Assembly: GCA_964470105.1 (NCBI GenBank)
Contig: CAYXZI010000001.1
Span: 37,521 to 101,520, forward strand
Reading direction: 5' to 3'
Length of the DNA stretch: 64,000 nucleotides
DNA from: an uncultured Candidatus Saccharibacteria bacterium
GTDB lineage: Bacteria > Patescibacteriota > Minisyncoccia > Phycocordibacterales > PALSA-1337
Below are positions 1-10,186 of the stretch, in pieces (position 1 is the first letter of the stretch; every line of letters starts with the position of its first letter). The notes under the pieces are model-generated. The model had not been told where the DNA came from, did no database searches, and saw only the letters and a list, made by a program, of their open reading frames with translations. The position numbers and the translations under genes were made by a program.

Positions 1-920
1 TATCTAGTGGACTTATATATTTCAAGTAGGGCGAAGAGTAGAGCGACTATGAGTGGACCAGCAATGAAACCGATAGGGCCAAAGTATGCTAGTCCTCCCA
101 TAACTGAAAGTAGTATAAGGAATGGATGCACATGCACTCCTCTATTTACAAGCATAGGACCTAGGAAGTTATCAATCAATCCTACAGCAAGTATTCCCCA
201 AATGAGCATACCTAGGGCGTGTAGTTTGGTACTAACAAATAGTAAATATAGTACTCCAGGCACTATAACCAAAGATGTACCTATACCTGGAATCAATGCT
301 GCCACTACAGCAAAACTACCCCATAATGCTGGGTTTGGAACTCCAAAGATATAGAAGCCTAATCCAGTTAGAAAGCCCTGTATCATTCCAACCACAAGAG
401 AACCGACAACGACTGAACGTATAGCTTGCTTTAGCTTACCGAATATTCTCTCATCATAATTGTCTGCAAGTGGGCTGAGCAGTACAACACTCTGCTTGAA
501 TTTACCTCCATCACGTAGAAGATAGAAGAGGGCAAAAAGCATAATGAATATTTGAAGTGCAAATTTAGAAACCCCAGAGAAAATAGTATCCAGATTAGCG
601 AATGACCATTCTAAGAAGTTCTGAACGTACTTAGTGATATTAAAATCATCAAAGTTATATGAAGTGAATGTTCCCCCCAACCTATTAGATAGTGATTCTG
701 AAAAAGCATTTAATGACTGTATTAATGCTGATCTATCTCCTTCATCAGTTAGACTGTAGTATAGATGCTCACTTTCAATATATATTTGTTTTGCAAGAAA
801 TATGAGTGGAGTAATTACTAATACCGCAACAATAACCAGAGTTATAAAAGTTGATAGAGAACTCGCTTGATCACCTCCAGAAAATATTCTAGATATTGAT
901 CTATGTAGAGGTCTAAACAT
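1..920 (-). CDS. AI-2E family transporter (PerM/YdiK/TqsA-like). The C-terminal end runs off the window start.
   Basis: Minus-strand translation from the ATG at 918-920 gives a multi-TM protein. It contains LLRDGGKF, GMIQGFLTGLGFYIFGVPNPALWG, IWGILAVGLIDNFLGPMLV and HPFLILLSVMGGLAYFGPIGF, typical of AI-2E/UPF0118 permeases. It is absent from the ORF track because it runs off the edge. Plus-strand ORF 7..354 is antisense and spurious. Confidence 0.7.
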   Translation of the reverse strand, partial: MFRPLHRSISRIFSGGDQASSLSTFITLVIVAVLVITPLIFLAKQIYIESEHLYYSLTDEGDRSALIQSLNAFSESLSNRLGGTFTSYNFDDFNITKYVQNFLEWSFANLDTIFSGVSKFALQIFIMLFALFYLLRDGGKFKQSVVLLSPLADNYDERIFGKLKQAIRSVVVGSLVVGMIQGFLTGLGFYIFGVPNPALWGSFAVVAALIPGIGTSLVIVPGVLYLLFVSTKLHALGMLIWGILAVGLIDNFLGPMLVNRGVHVHPFLILLSVMGGLAYFGPIGFIAGPLIVALLFALLEIYKSTR

Positions 921-1061
921 CACAGACAAAACTAGCGCAAGAAGGAGTGAAGTTAGATATGAATAAAAAATTAGAAATGTTAGTACCGATGCACCAACAA
1001 GTATTAGTAGAAAGAAATAATAATGTGATTTATTCTCCATTGACTTTATTATATATCGTTA

Positions 1062-1907
1062 TCATACCATATACAAATCCTGATTCATTTCCCCAACACC
1101 AATATACTCTGCTTCACCTTTCAATATCTGCTCAAATGGTCTACATGAGAAGCATCCTTTCTCGCCTTTCGGACATAGAAATTCACCCTTTTCTCTTGCT
1201 TCTTTTACCTTAATTGCTACATCATATACACGTCTATATGAGTCATCTATACTAGGTAGCTCAACTTCAATAGGTGAATCGTCTCTATCAATATACCAAT
1301 AGCTAGCACCTGTAACCTTTCTCTTTTGCAAATGCTTTAAAAGAAGTTGGTATATTGGTAACTGTAATGATTCTTCATTCTCTTCATTTTTACCCGTTTT
1401 AAAATCTAGAATATGCAAACTATCATCTTTTTCATTCCACATCAACCAATCAATCTTACCGCAGAGAATAATATTCTCTTCTTCTGAAAATGTATAGTTT
1501 GGTGGTAGGCCATTTTCTGCATCTTTAAGCTTAATGATCTTTGTTTGAAGAGGTTTAGGATTTTTTACAACCCTTTCAATCATATTGATTGCCCTACTTT
1601 TAACTTGTTCCTCTTCTTCCTTTGTCTTAAAACCTCCCTTTTTACCACTTACTTTTTTCCATGCCTTTTCCAAATCATCAATTAATGAATGATTGAAACG
1701 CTCACCTGATTTAAACCGAGCTAGTCCTTCAAGAACTTCATGTACTGCAACTCCTAAAGCTAATGCGGGGTTAACAATATTAATTTTTCTTTTAGTCTTA
1801 GGATTTTTATATACATTATGAAGATAATATGCACGGGGACATTTTATATAGTCTCCCATTGATGAATGCGAAACCCAGACTGCTTTATATGGATCATTTG
1901 ACATCAA
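1062..1907 (-). CDS. PD-(D/E)XK nuclease, Cas4/RecB-like, with a C-terminal 4-Cys cluster
   Basis: Motifs [10 protein letters not shown] (D..D/ExK core) and QLPIYQLL (QxxxY); the C-terminus [13 protein letters not shown] plus an N-terminal Cys resemble the Cas4/AddB Fe-S nuclease arrangement. No cas genes are nearby. Confidence 0.55.
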   Translation of the reverse strand: MMSNDPYKAVWVSHSSMGDYIKCPRAYYLHNVYKNPKTKRKINIVNPALALGVAVHEVLEGLARFKSGERFNHSLIDDLEKAWKKVSGKKGGFKTKEEEEQVKSRAINMIERVVKNPKPLQTKIIKLKDAENGLPPNYTFSEEENIILCGKIDWLMWNEKDDSLHILDFKTGKNEENEESLQLPIYQLLLKHLQKRKVTGASYWYIDRDDSPIEVELPSIDDSYRRVYDVAIKVKEAREKGEFLCPKGEKGCFSCRPFEQILKGEAEYIGVGEMNQDLYMV

Positions 1908-2520
1908 CCTTATTCATTATAATCTTCTCTAGAGGTCTATCTCTTCCATCTGTTTGAGTATTAGCTATAGCATCAACAACGTCCATACCTGATATAACCT
2001 TACCGAATATTGTGTAATTATGTGGTAGTGGAACATCTTTATGCATTATGAAGAATTGACTACCATTTGTATTTGGACCGGCATTTGCCATAGCAACAAC
2101 TCCTCTCATATATCCATTCTTATATGAATCAGTATTAGGATTTAATTCATCTGCAAACTTATATCCTGGATCACCGGCACCTGTACCTGTAGGATCACCT
2201 CCTTGAATCATGAAGTCTTTGATTACTCTGTGGAAAATAACACCATTATAGAATCCTTTGTTAGCTAGTTTAATAAAGTTCGCTACAGTATTTGGTGCGT
2301 CATTATTGTATGTTTCAAAAACTATATTTCCTTTATTCGTCTCTATTGTAATTGTATTCATTGTACTTTTATTAATTTCTGGTAATACCTCTGTTGTACT
2401 TGCGACTATCAGCGTTTTTTCATCTAATGCAATAGCTGGGGCAATAGTTGGTTTTGGCCAAATATAATATATTGCGGCAAGAATAACTATTAATATTAAT
2501 AATGTATATACTTTATTCAT
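1894..2520 (-). CDS. Cyclophilin-type peptidyl-prolyl cis-trans isomerase, N-terminally membrane-anchored
   Basis: [25 protein letters not shown] and the [10 protein letters not shown] cyclophilin signatures; N-terminal hydrophobic anchor. Confidence 0.85.
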   Translation of the reverse strand: MNKVYTLLILIVILAAIYYIWPKPTIAPAIALDEKTLIVASTTEVLPEINKSTMNTITIETNKGNIVFETYNNDAPNTVANFIKLANKGFYNGVIFHRVIKDFMIQGGDPTGTGAGDPGYKFADELNPNTDSYKNGYMRGVVAMANAGPNTNGSQFFIMHKDVPLPHNYTIFGKVISGMDVVDAIANTQTDGRDRPLEKIIMNKVDVK

Positions 2521-2523
2521 ATA

Positions 2524-3495
2524 TTAAAGATTATATATTTCTTTTATTGTTTTTACTACTCGATCTATTGCCTCTTGAATTGTTGATTCAATAATTACTC
2601 CAGCTGCGGCCTTATGTCCCCCACCACCTAATGAAACTGCAATGACAGAGACATCATATTTCATACTTCTCATACTAACTTTTACTTTCCCCTTTTCACT
2701 TTCTATTAGAGTTATACCAATCTCTGTACCCTTAATAGATTTTATCTTATTAGATATATATCCGGTCATTATATCCTCTTCTTTTATATCATTCTTAGCT
2801 AAATCTTCGTATGATACTGATGCGATAGCTAGCTTATCATTAAACATAATCTTTAATGATGACAATGCTAGACTTTCAAATATCAAACTCTCTTTTCTAT
2901 TACTATTCTCCATTATAGATATAGTCTCTTGATAGTCTGGAGCTATCATGGCTAACTTTGATGCGATAGCTAATGTTTGAGATCCATTCGCTCCATATCT
3001 AAACCCTCCTGTATCAGTATACATACCCATAAATAGGTTCAATGCTATATCGTGATTAATTTCTACATTCATTTCTTGAAAAAGCTGGTACAACAATTCG
3101 CAAGTAGATGAATATTTAGGCTCAACGTAGTTATATCTTCCATACCCCTTATTGCTAGCATGATGGTCTATGACAATAGTCTTTAGACTGTCTGGAAAAA
3201 CAACTTTTGATTTCTTTGAGACCATTTCAATACCTCCAGAATCTAGAATTATGAAAGTATCGAAATCTTTTAGGTCAATTTCAAAAAAGTTTTTCTTGAT
3301 AATTGTTTCTACACCTGGAAAATTAAATGCGGAGGGTATATCACTATCTCCTTTTATTAAAGTTACTTTCTTTCCTTTTTGCCCTAAAGCAAACCTCATT
3401 GCCAATGCCGATCCAACACTATCTGGATCAGGATGTGGATGACAGTGCAGAAGGACATTATTTGATTTTTCTATTTCATTTATTATTTCTTTCAT
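2524..3495 (-). CDS. nrnA: DHH/DHHA1 phosphoesterase (NrnA-like oligoribonuclease / pAp phosphatase)
   Basis: LLHCHPHPDPDSVGSALA, DHH motif (VIDHHASN) and a C-terminal GGGH (DHHA1) motif. Confidence 0.75.
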   Translation of the reverse strand: MKEIINEIEKSNNVLLHCHPHPDPDSVGSALAMRFALGQKGKKVTLIKGDSDIPSAFNFPGVETIIKKNFFEIDLKDFDTFIILDSGGIEMVSKKSKVVFPDSLKTIVIDHHASNKGYGRYNYVEPKYSSTCELLYQLFQEMNVEINHDIALNLFMGMYTDTGGFRYGANGSQTLAIASKLAMIAPDYQETISIMENSNRKESLIFESLALSSLKIMFNDKLAIASVSYEDLAKNDIKEEDIMTGYISNKIKSIKGTEIGITLIESEKGKVKVSMRSMKYDVSVIAVSLGGGGHKAAAGVIIESTIQEAIDRVVKTIKEIYNL

Positions 3496-3496
3496 A

Positions 3497-3928
3497 TTAT
3501 TTAAATATTATCGGAATCTCTATTGAATCATTATTCTCTGGTAGCATAGACTGATTATCTTTTTTAAGAATAATCTTTCCACTTGCTCCCTTAATATAGT
3601 TATTAAACTCTAGACTTCCAACAAATTTTACGAATTCATCAGTAGCCCATTCGCCTTGTGCTGTAGCATGGCTCTCAGCAATTACATTACCATATGAATC
3701 TGTTAACACAATTGGAAAGCTTCCCTCAAAAAACCATGAACCGCGTGCTCTACCAGCCACACTTAATGGTGAAGTAATTTCTGAGTCTTTAATTGGTGAT
3801 GTAATAACAATTACATTACTTTTATCAGATGGTGTTATATCTATATCAGTCGAAAAAAAGCTCGACAAATATATCGATATTCCGAATACAATCAAAACCA
3901 AAAAAATTATAAAAAGAGTTCTTTTCAT
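3497..3928 (-). CDS. Secreted Gmad2-type Ig-like domain protein
   Basis: N-terminal signal/TM segment; [25 protein letters not shown]...GEWAT...FVKF resembles the Gmad2 Ig-like domain consensus. Confidence 0.45.
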   Translation of the reverse strand: MKRTLFIIFLVLIVFGISIYLSSFFSTDIDITPSDKSNVIVITSPIKDSEITSPLSVAGRARGSWFFEGSFPIVLTDSYGNVIAESHATAQGEWATDEFVKFVGSLEFNNYIKGASGKIILKKDNQSMLPENNDSIEIPIIFK

Positions 3929-4275
3929 TCTAGATCAAGACAAACGGAATTAATACAATACCTTCTACCGGTTTTGGTCGGACCATCGTTAAACACATGT
4001 CCAAGGTGTGAATTACATTTTGCACACACAATCTCAGTCCTATGCATACCATGATCACTATCTTCAATTTCCTTTACTGCATTAGGTATAGCCTGATCAA
4101 AACTGGGCCAACCTGATCCAGAATCAAACTGCGTATCTGAAGAAAATATTGGATTATCACATGCTACACACTTATATATACCATCTTTTGTCTTGTGTAC
4201 GTATTTACCAGAAAATGGCGCTTCTGTACCTTTTTCTTTCAAGACTCTTTGTTGTTCTGGTGTTAGCTTTTTCAT
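3925..4275 (-). CDS. msrB: Peptide-methionine (R)-S-oxide reductase MsrB
   Basis: SelR/MsrB motifs: [30 protein letters not shown]; two CxxC pairs. Confidence 0.9.
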   Translation of the reverse strand: MKKLTPEQQRVLKEKGTEAPFSGKYVHKTKDGIYKCVACDNPIFSSDTQFDSGSGWPSFDQAIPNAVKEIEDSDHGMHRTEIVCAKCNSHLGHVFNDGPTKTGRRYCINSVCLDLE

Positions 4276-4823
4276 ATTTTACTTTTATCTAATAGTCTTT
4301 CAAATCTTTCTTGTAATTTCTCTAATTTTGGTGCAATTACTAGCTGACAGTATGGTTGATCTTTGTTGTTTTTATAGTATTCATGATGATACGACTCTGA
4401 TGGATAGAACACTATAAGGGGTTTAATCTCTGTCACAACTAGTTTATCATATGCCTTGCTATCATTTAATTCCTTTACTAATTTTTCTGCTTTTTCTTTT
4501 TGTTCTGGTGTTGTATAGAATATTGCTGATCTATATTGAGTACCAATATCATTCCCCTGACGATTAAGTGTTGTTGGATCATGTGTATTAAAAAATACAG
4601 AAAGCAAATCGTCATAAGAGATTATAGTTGAATCATATTCAATTTGTATTGCCTCTGCATGACCAGTATTTCCACCCGATACTGATTCATAATTAGGGTT
4701 ATCTGTCTTTCCACCAGTATATCCGGGAGTAACAGATATGACACCCTTAAGCATAGAGAATACTGCCTCTGTACACCAGAAGCATCCATTTGCAAATACA
4801 GCTATAGCATTATCTATCTTCAT
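4272..4823 (-). CDS. msrA: Peptide-methionine (S)-S-oxide reductase MsrA
   Basis: The GCFWC active-site motif plus HDPTT and YHQ-like motifs; 4-nt overlap with msrB. Confidence 0.9.
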   Translation of the reverse strand: MKIDNAIAVFANGCFWCTEAVFSMLKGVISVTPGYTGGKTDNPNYESVSGGNTGHAEAIQIEYDSTIISYDDLLSVFFNTHDPTTLNRQGNDIGTQYRSAIFYTTPEQKEKAEKLVKELNDSKAYDKLVVTEIKPLIVFYPSESYHHEYYKNNKDQPYCQLVIAPKLEKLQERFERLLDKSKI

Positions 4824-4861
4824 GTTTGTTATTATACAACATAATAGTGTATATTATTATT

Positions 4862-5575
4862 ATGATAATTTTAATTAGTATTGCAGCTTTTGCATTTACC
4901 ATTCTAGGCGGTCTATTCGCCCTAAAGTTTAAGGACAAGTTACATCTTATCCTTGGTTTTAGTGCTGGAGCAGTTATTGGAGTTGCTTTCTTTGATCTAC
5001 TACCTGAGGCTATAGAGCTTGGTGGAAACACATCGAAAGTTACAGCGGTTGTTGCTATAGGTTTTATCTTCTATATGATTCTTGATAGGTTTATAATCCT
5101 TCACTCTCATCATGACGATGAACATGAACATGCGCACAATAAGAGAGGGGTTCTCGGAGCTGCCAGCCTATCAATTCATAGTTTTCTTGATGGTATAGGT
5201 ATTGGTCTAGCGTTCCAGGTATCAACTTCTGTGGGCATGATAGTTACAACTGCAGTACTTGTACATGATTTCTCAGATGGTATCAATACCGTCAATATGA
5301 TATTGAAAAATAGCGGTGAAAAGATTAAAGCACTAAAGTGGTTAATTGTAGATGCATTAGCACCTGTCCTTGGTATATGCGCAACATTATTATTTGGCCT
5401 ATCTGAATCTTCTCTAGGAACACTTTTAGCACTTTTTGCAGGCTTCTTCCTATACATAGGTGCAAGTGATCTGTTACCAGAAAGCCACCATAGTCATCCA
5501 ACTGTGTGGACTACTGTTTTGACAGTTACGGGTATGGCCGTAATCTATACCGCTATCCGCCTAGCACAATTTTAA
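4862..5575 (+). CDS. ZIP family metal cation transporter (ZupT-like)
   Basis: Multi-TM protein with a His-rich loop (HSHHDDEHEHAH) and the HSFLDGIGIG / HDFSDG ZIP signatures. The track ORF starts at TTG 4826; the first ATG (MIILISIAAF) is at 4862. Confidence 0.8.
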   Translation: MIILISIAAFAFTILGGLFALKFKDKLHLILGFSAGAVIGVAFFDLLPEAIELGGNTSKVTAVVAIGFIFYMILDRFIILHSHHDDEHEHAHNKRGVLGAASLSIHSFLDGIGIGLAFQVSTSVGMIVTTAVLVHDFSDGINTVNMILKNSGEKIKALKWLIVDALAPVLGICATLLFGLSESSLGTLLALFAGFFLYIGASDLLPESHHSHPTVWTTVLTVTGMAVIYTAIRLAQF

Positions 5576-6236
5576 AAAAGTGGAATAGGTATTTGAATGT
5601 TATTTTTAGAGTACCCTCTTGCTTAAACCTTCTTGCAGAAGTTTTCATCTGTAGCTTTTTATCAAAAATCACCTTACCAAATTTAGATACCCTTTTCGCG
5701 GTATCTGTATCTTCACCATAGAAAACTAGTTTAGTGTTATATCCCCCTGCTTTTTTTATAATATCTGCCCGTATAAAATTATTACCACCAATAAGGACAG
5801 CTCCGTGTTTTGTAGACTGAATAATTAAATTCATCAAATGATATATATGTTTCTGAGTAAAGAGAGATACAAATCTAAATACCCTATCTCCATCATGGTA
5901 GTCATATGGCCCAGTTACAGCAACAATACCCTCTTTAAAATTATTTACACCCCTAGATAGCCAGTCTTTATCTGGCAAACAATCAGCATCAATATTTACA
6001 ATTATCTCTCCAGATGCATTCAGTCTTCCACACTCACGCGCCCAAAGAAGTCCTTTACGTGATTCTTTTACAACTTTAATTGGAAATTGTTTAGCGACTT
6101 CATATGTTTTATCCGCACTAGCATTATCAACGACAATTACTTCGAAATCTTGATAGTCCTGAGCTAGAACTGCTTTTATAGTGTTAGCTATACTTTTTTC
6201 TTCATTATGCGCTGGTATGACTACGGATAGTTTCAT
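5553..6236 (-). CDS. Family 2 glycosyltransferase
   Basis: N-terminal VVIPAHNEE, then DNASAD and DAD motifs (GT-A fold). Confidence 0.75.
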   Translation of the reverse strand: MKLSVVIPAHNEEKSIANTIKAVLAQDYQDFEVIVVDNASADKTYEVAKQFPIKVVKESRKGLLWARECGRLNASGEIIVNIDADCLPDKDWLSRGVNNFKEGIVAVTGPYDYHDGDRVFRFVSLFTQKHIYHLMNLIIQSTKHGAVLIGGNNFIRADIIKKAGGYNTKLVFYGEDTDTAKRVSKFGKVIFDKKLQMKTSARRFKQEGTLKITFKYLFHFFKIVLGG

Positions 6237-6317
6237 ATATATGCATCATTATATTACATAGTTTTATTAAAATATGTAATTTGACTAACACGATATCACA
6301 TGTTTATATGTTATTAG

Positions 6318-6923
6318 ATGAACACGCAAGTTTTTGCCCTCATGTACATGGTGGGCATGATCGGTCTAACAATCCTACAAGGATACCTATCCTACGTAGG
6401 AAAAGCTTTCTTCGCCCGACAAATGCGAAGGAAGTACGAAAACTTCCTACCATTTACATGGCACTTCGGTGCAAGTTATGGGGATATGCTAATTGTGACC
6501 CCGGTCACAACATGCATGATATGGAAGTATGGTTCGCAATGGCAAGAAAAAACACTGGCTGTTTTTTGCGCCATTACAACCAGCATTATCTTTCACAGAC
6601 TCTGGAGTCGCGACAAAACTCCAGGCTGTCTCATACGTAAACAGCGACTAACTGCTGCTGGTTACGTCCATGTAATATACATGGGTCTATCACTGATCCC
6701 AATACTCAGCTTCTATTTCCAAACTACAACAACTGACGCAAGTTTTGTAGTTACAGTATCCAGTCTTCTAGGACTGCATGTATTTATCGGAAGTCACATG
6801 CTCTTGAGCATAATTAATCCGATAGGTTGGAAGAGTAATCTACGTGATTACCAATCTTGGATTATTGTGACTTGTTGCTGGTTGGCCTTGGTAGTAAGGT
6901 CATATCAGATGATCAACAAATGA
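6318..6923 (+). CDS. Hypothetical multi-TM membrane protein with atypically high GC and atypical codon usage
   Basis: 201-aa ORF with about 5 predicted TM helices. It uses CTA, CTC, TTC and TAC where flanking genes use TTA, TTT and TAT. No recognisable family. Confidence 0.5.
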   Translation: MNTQVFALMYMVGMIGLTILQGYLSYVGKAFFARQMRRKYENFLPFTWHFGASYGDMLIVTPVTTCMIWKYGSQWQEKTLAVFCAITTSIIFHRLWSRDKTPGCLIRKQRLTAAGYVHVIYMGLSLIPILSFYFQTTTTDASFVVTVSSLLGLHVFIGSHMLLSIINPIGWKSNLRDYQSWIIVTCCWLALVVRSYQMINK

Positions 6924-6936
6924 GACTACCCTCTCG

Positions 6937-6969
6937 CTGCTGCCCATTCACTTGGGCGGCAGTTTTATC
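6937..6969 (+). terminator. Rho-independent terminator hairpin between convergent genes
   Basis: CTGCTGCCC-ATTCACTT-GGGCGGCAG: a 9-bp stem with one G.U pair, followed by TTTTATC. Confidence 0.6.
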
Positions 6970-7669
6970 TAATATCCTTCCATTCTTTAACTTGTGATTT
7001 ATTGAACATTGCAAAATATATAGATTCTTTCATCCAGATATATAGAAGTTTAGGCCAGCCGATCTTATGCGCCCTTCGACCAGAATGAAGTATTAGGAAT
7101 GATGGATCATATACTGTCCTACCGATTTTCGATAGTCTTGCAAACATATCACCATCCTCTCTGGTAACTAAATCTTCTCTGAAACCATTTACCTTATCAA
7201 ATGCTGTCCTTCTTATCATTTGAAATTTACCTGGTGCTTCGCCCGAATGAAGAATATTATTTTTAATGTGATGTACAAGGTTAAAGAAAAAATACACGAT
7301 CTTATCTCCAATAGTTTCTAATTGAGGTAGTACTTGTAATCTACCTGTTAGCGCTACAATATTTTCATCTTTAAAAAGCTCTAGAATATTACCAACATCT
7401 TCAATGTATACATCACAATCAAGAAATATTAGAATATCTCCTTTTGCAACCTTTGCCCCAGCATTTCTATTTGCTGCTATAGTTTTATGTTTTTCATTTG
7501 GTGTAAGAACAATATCAGCAAACTTTTTTGCTATCTCAACTGTATTATCCAAGCTTTTATCATCAGTCACAATAATTTCATTAGGAACTTTTAATTTAGA
7601 CTTAAGCCTAGTTATTGTAGCTTCTATCGTCTTCTCTTCGTTATATGTTGGTATAATTACTGAAATCAT
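6965..7669 (-). CDS. Family 2 glycosyltransferase
   Basis: SVIIPTYNEE, DDKSLDNT and DCD motifs of the GT-A fold. Confidence 0.75.
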   Translation of the reverse strand: MISVIIPTYNEEKTIEATITRLKSKLKVPNEIIVTDDKSLDNTVEIAKKFADIVLTPNEKHKTIAANRNAGAKVAKGDILIFLDCDVYIEDVGNILELFKDENIVALTGRLQVLPQLETIGDKIVYFFFNLVHHIKNNILHSGEAPGKFQMIRRTAFDKVNGFREDLVTREDGDMFARLSKIGRTVYDPSFLILHSGRRAHKIGWPKLLYIWMKESIYFAMFNKSQVKEWKDIR

Positions 7670-8265
7670 ATTTCTAAATGTTCAATTCTATTTTTTAAAT
7701 AATTCTTATATCCAAGAAATGCCGCCACGATTATTAAGAAGAAAGCTACTATTCCAACCTTACTTAAAACTGAATCTACTTGCATGTATAAATTACTGAA
7801 GAAATATCCAACCCCAATTAGTATTCCAGACCAAATGAACTGACCTATTAAGTTTACAGATAAGTATTTTACAAATGGTATTCTGACTATTCCTGCCGTC
7901 ATCAGCGTTACCAATGCAAAACCAAAGCCATTACTTATTTTGGAAACAAAAAGAATCTTATACTTATGATTATGAAAGATTCTATTAATAATACTAACTT
8001 TATCTTCCGTTATACTCACATATTTACCAAATCTAGATATAAAGCCATGTCCCCATCTTCTACCTATGTAGTACCACACAGTATCACCCATGAGATCACC
8101 GATCATCAATGCTGCATATACTGGTATAAAACTAAAATAACCAAGTTTAATTAAAACTCCAAATATCATAGATATAATAGGACCTTCTGCACAAGCAAGT
8201 ACAACAATGATTAGGTATACTAGATATTCATGATTATTTCCTACGTATATAAGCCATTCCTGCAT
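7666..8265 (-). CDS. DedA / VTT-domain (SNARE-associated) membrane protein
   Basis: Multi-TM protein with a DedA-like core (GRRWGHGFISRFGKY, FVSKISNGFGF). Confidence 0.7.
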   Translation of the reverse strand: MQEWLIYVGNNHEYLVYLIIVVLACAEGPIISMIFGVLIKLGYFSFIPVYAALMIGDLMGDTVWYYIGRRWGHGFISRFGKYVSITEDKVSIINRIFHNHKYKILFVSKISNGFGFALVTLMTAGIVRIPFVKYLSVNLIGQFIWSGILIGVGYFFSNLYMQVDSVLSKVGIVAFFLIIVAAFLGYKNYLKNRIEHLEI

Positions 8266-8287
8266 AAATATAGTATAATACTACCAC

Positions 8288-8926
8288 ATGAAAGCTATAG
8301 CGTATAAGTACAGAGACTTTTTCTCTGATGGAGCATTCACTCTCTCAGTTATTGTCTCATTACTGTTTTTTACTTTTAGCCTTTTTCTAAATTTCTATAC
8401 AGGTAACTATGCCAGTGAAAGCGCTAGTAATGCGGTGACAGATATAATATTAAGCAACACTAAAGCTTATGATCTTGATTTTATATTTTTTTATGGAACC
8501 TATGTATTTTGGACTTTTTTTACCTTTCTCTGTCTTTCTTCACCAGGAAAAATCCCTTTTGTATTGAAGAGCGTAGCGCTCTTTATCGTAGTACGATCAT
8601 TGTTTATAAGCATGACACACATTGCCCCCTTTGGTAGTCCTGTAGTAATTGATCCGAGTAGCTGGATGAGTGAATTCACATTTGGAGGTGATCTATTCTT
8701 TTCTGGTCACACCGGTGTTCCTTTTCTCCTCGCACTTATATACTGGGAAAATAAATATTTAAGAATAATTTTTATAGCTACATCAATAATATTTGCTATA
8801 ACTGTGCTATTGGCGCACCTGCATTACACAATTGATGTTTTCTCAGCTTTCTTTATTACCTATACCATATACCATATTGCTGAGAAAATATTTTATTCAG
8901 ACAGAAAACTATTCTACAAAAGTTAG
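8288..8926 (+). CDS. PAP2-superfamily membrane protein with sphingomyelin-synthase-type motifs
   Basis: Six TM segments; GGDLFFSGHT (CGDxxFSGHT-like D3 motif) and HYTIDVFSAF (HYTxDV D4 motif). Confidence 0.55.
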   Translation: MKAIAYKYRDFFSDGAFTLSVIVSLLFFTFSLFLNFYTGNYASESASNAVTDIILSNTKAYDLDFIFFYGTYVFWTFFTFLCLSSPGKIPFVLKSVALFIVVRSLFISMTHIAPFGSPVVIDPSSWMSEFTFGGDLFFSGHTGVPFLLALIYWENKYLRIIFIATSIIFAITVLLAHLHYTIDVFSAFFITYTIYHIAEKIFYSDRKLFYKS

Positions 8927-10117
8927 TGCTTTACCCTTCTTATTTGCTCGTCCTGTTCTACCTATCCTGTGTATATAGTCATCGTATGTAGCTGGTATAT
9001 CAAAGTTTATAACATGACTAACGTCAGGTATATCCAATCCCCTTGCAGCCACGTCTGTAGCGACTAGTATTTGTACTTGATTCTCTTTAAAACCTTTTAG
9101 CGCTCTTTGTCTTTGACTGTGATTCTTATCACCATGTATTGATTCAGCCTTAAAACCCTTAGCAATCAGTGCTTTTGATAGTTTCTCTACACCATGTTTA
9201 GTTCTACCGAAGATTATAACCTTATTAAAATCCTCCTTAGAAAGAAGCTCACCCAAAACATCTATTTTATTTAATCCTCTAGCAACCCTCACAATATCTT
9301 GTTCAATATTCTTTGATGTATCTCTAGTCTTTACTGATATTCTAACTGGCTCAGTTAAAAATTCACCTATCATTTTTTCAATTTCTGGAGAAATAGTTGC
9401 AGAGAAAAATAGTGTATGTCGAGGTTTAGGCATACCAGCCATTAGATATCTCATATCGTTTACGAATCCCATATCTAGCATACGATCAGCTTCATCCAAC
9501 ACAATTGTTGAGAATTGATTAAGAACAATTGCCTTTCTTTCGATTAGGTCTTTTAGTCGTCCTGGTGTACCTATAATAAACTCATTTACATATCTAAGTT
9601 CAGACAACTGTTTACCAATGTATGCTCCTCCAACACAACAAACTGAGAAGATTTTCATTCCCTTAGTAAAACCGATTAATTCATTCTGTATTTGTATAGC
9701 CAATTCTCTTGTTGGAACAACAATGAGTATCTTATTTTTCCTATTCTTCAAAACCTTATCAATTAAAGGGATAAGAAAAGCCGCAGTCTTACCTGTTCCT
9801 GTATTTGCAATACCAACAATATCTTGACCCTTAAGTATATGAGGAATTGATCTGTCTTGAATTGGAGTTGGAAGTTTGTATCCTTTTCCTATAATTGTAG
9901 ATTTTAATGTTTCTTCAATATGAAAATCAGCAAATGCATGTTCTGGAACAAAGTGCTCAACCTCTTCAGTTATAGTTGCTTTGTTTATAAAACGAGCATG
10001 AGAAATATTCTCACCCTGTGAGCCTCTATTATTAGTTCTTCTATTGTTATTAAATCGAGCAGGAGGTCGGTTACTAAATCTACCCTGTGGTCGAGAATTC
10101 GAATTATTTCTGTACAT
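8909..10117 (-). CDS. DEAD-box ATP-dependent RNA helicase
   Basis: Q-motif region, GTGKT (motif I), DEAD (VLDEADRM), SAT, HRIGRTGR; N-terminal R/N-rich low-complexity tail. Confidence 0.85.
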   Translation of the reverse strand: MYRNNSNSRPQGRFSNRPPARFNNNRRTNNRGSQGENISHARFINKATITEEVEHFVPEHAFADFHIEETLKSTIIGKGYKLPTPIQDRSIPHILKGQDIVGIANTGTGKTAAFLIPLIDKVLKNRKNKILIVVPTRELAIQIQNELIGFTKGMKIFSVCCVGGAYIGKQLSELRYVNEFIIGTPGRLKDLIERKAIVLNQFSTIVLDEADRMLDMGFVNDMRYLMAGMPKPRHTLFFSATISPEIEKMIGEFLTEPVRISVKTRDTSKNIEQDIVRVARGLNKIDVLGELLSKEDFNKVIIFGRTKHGVEKLSKALIAKGFKAESIHGDKNHSQRQRALKGFKENQVQILVATDVAARGLDIPDVSHVINFDIPATYDDYIHRIGRTGRANKKGKALTFVE

Positions 10118-10186
10118 AAATTATTATGTGAATATATATTATATTGATGATATTGTCAATATACCTGTTTATGATACTATATAGCT

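Noticed and set aside
7-354. 115-aa plus-strand ORF at the left edge.
   Set aside because: It lies antisense to the well-supported AI-2E transporter gene and has low-complexity, unlikely composition.
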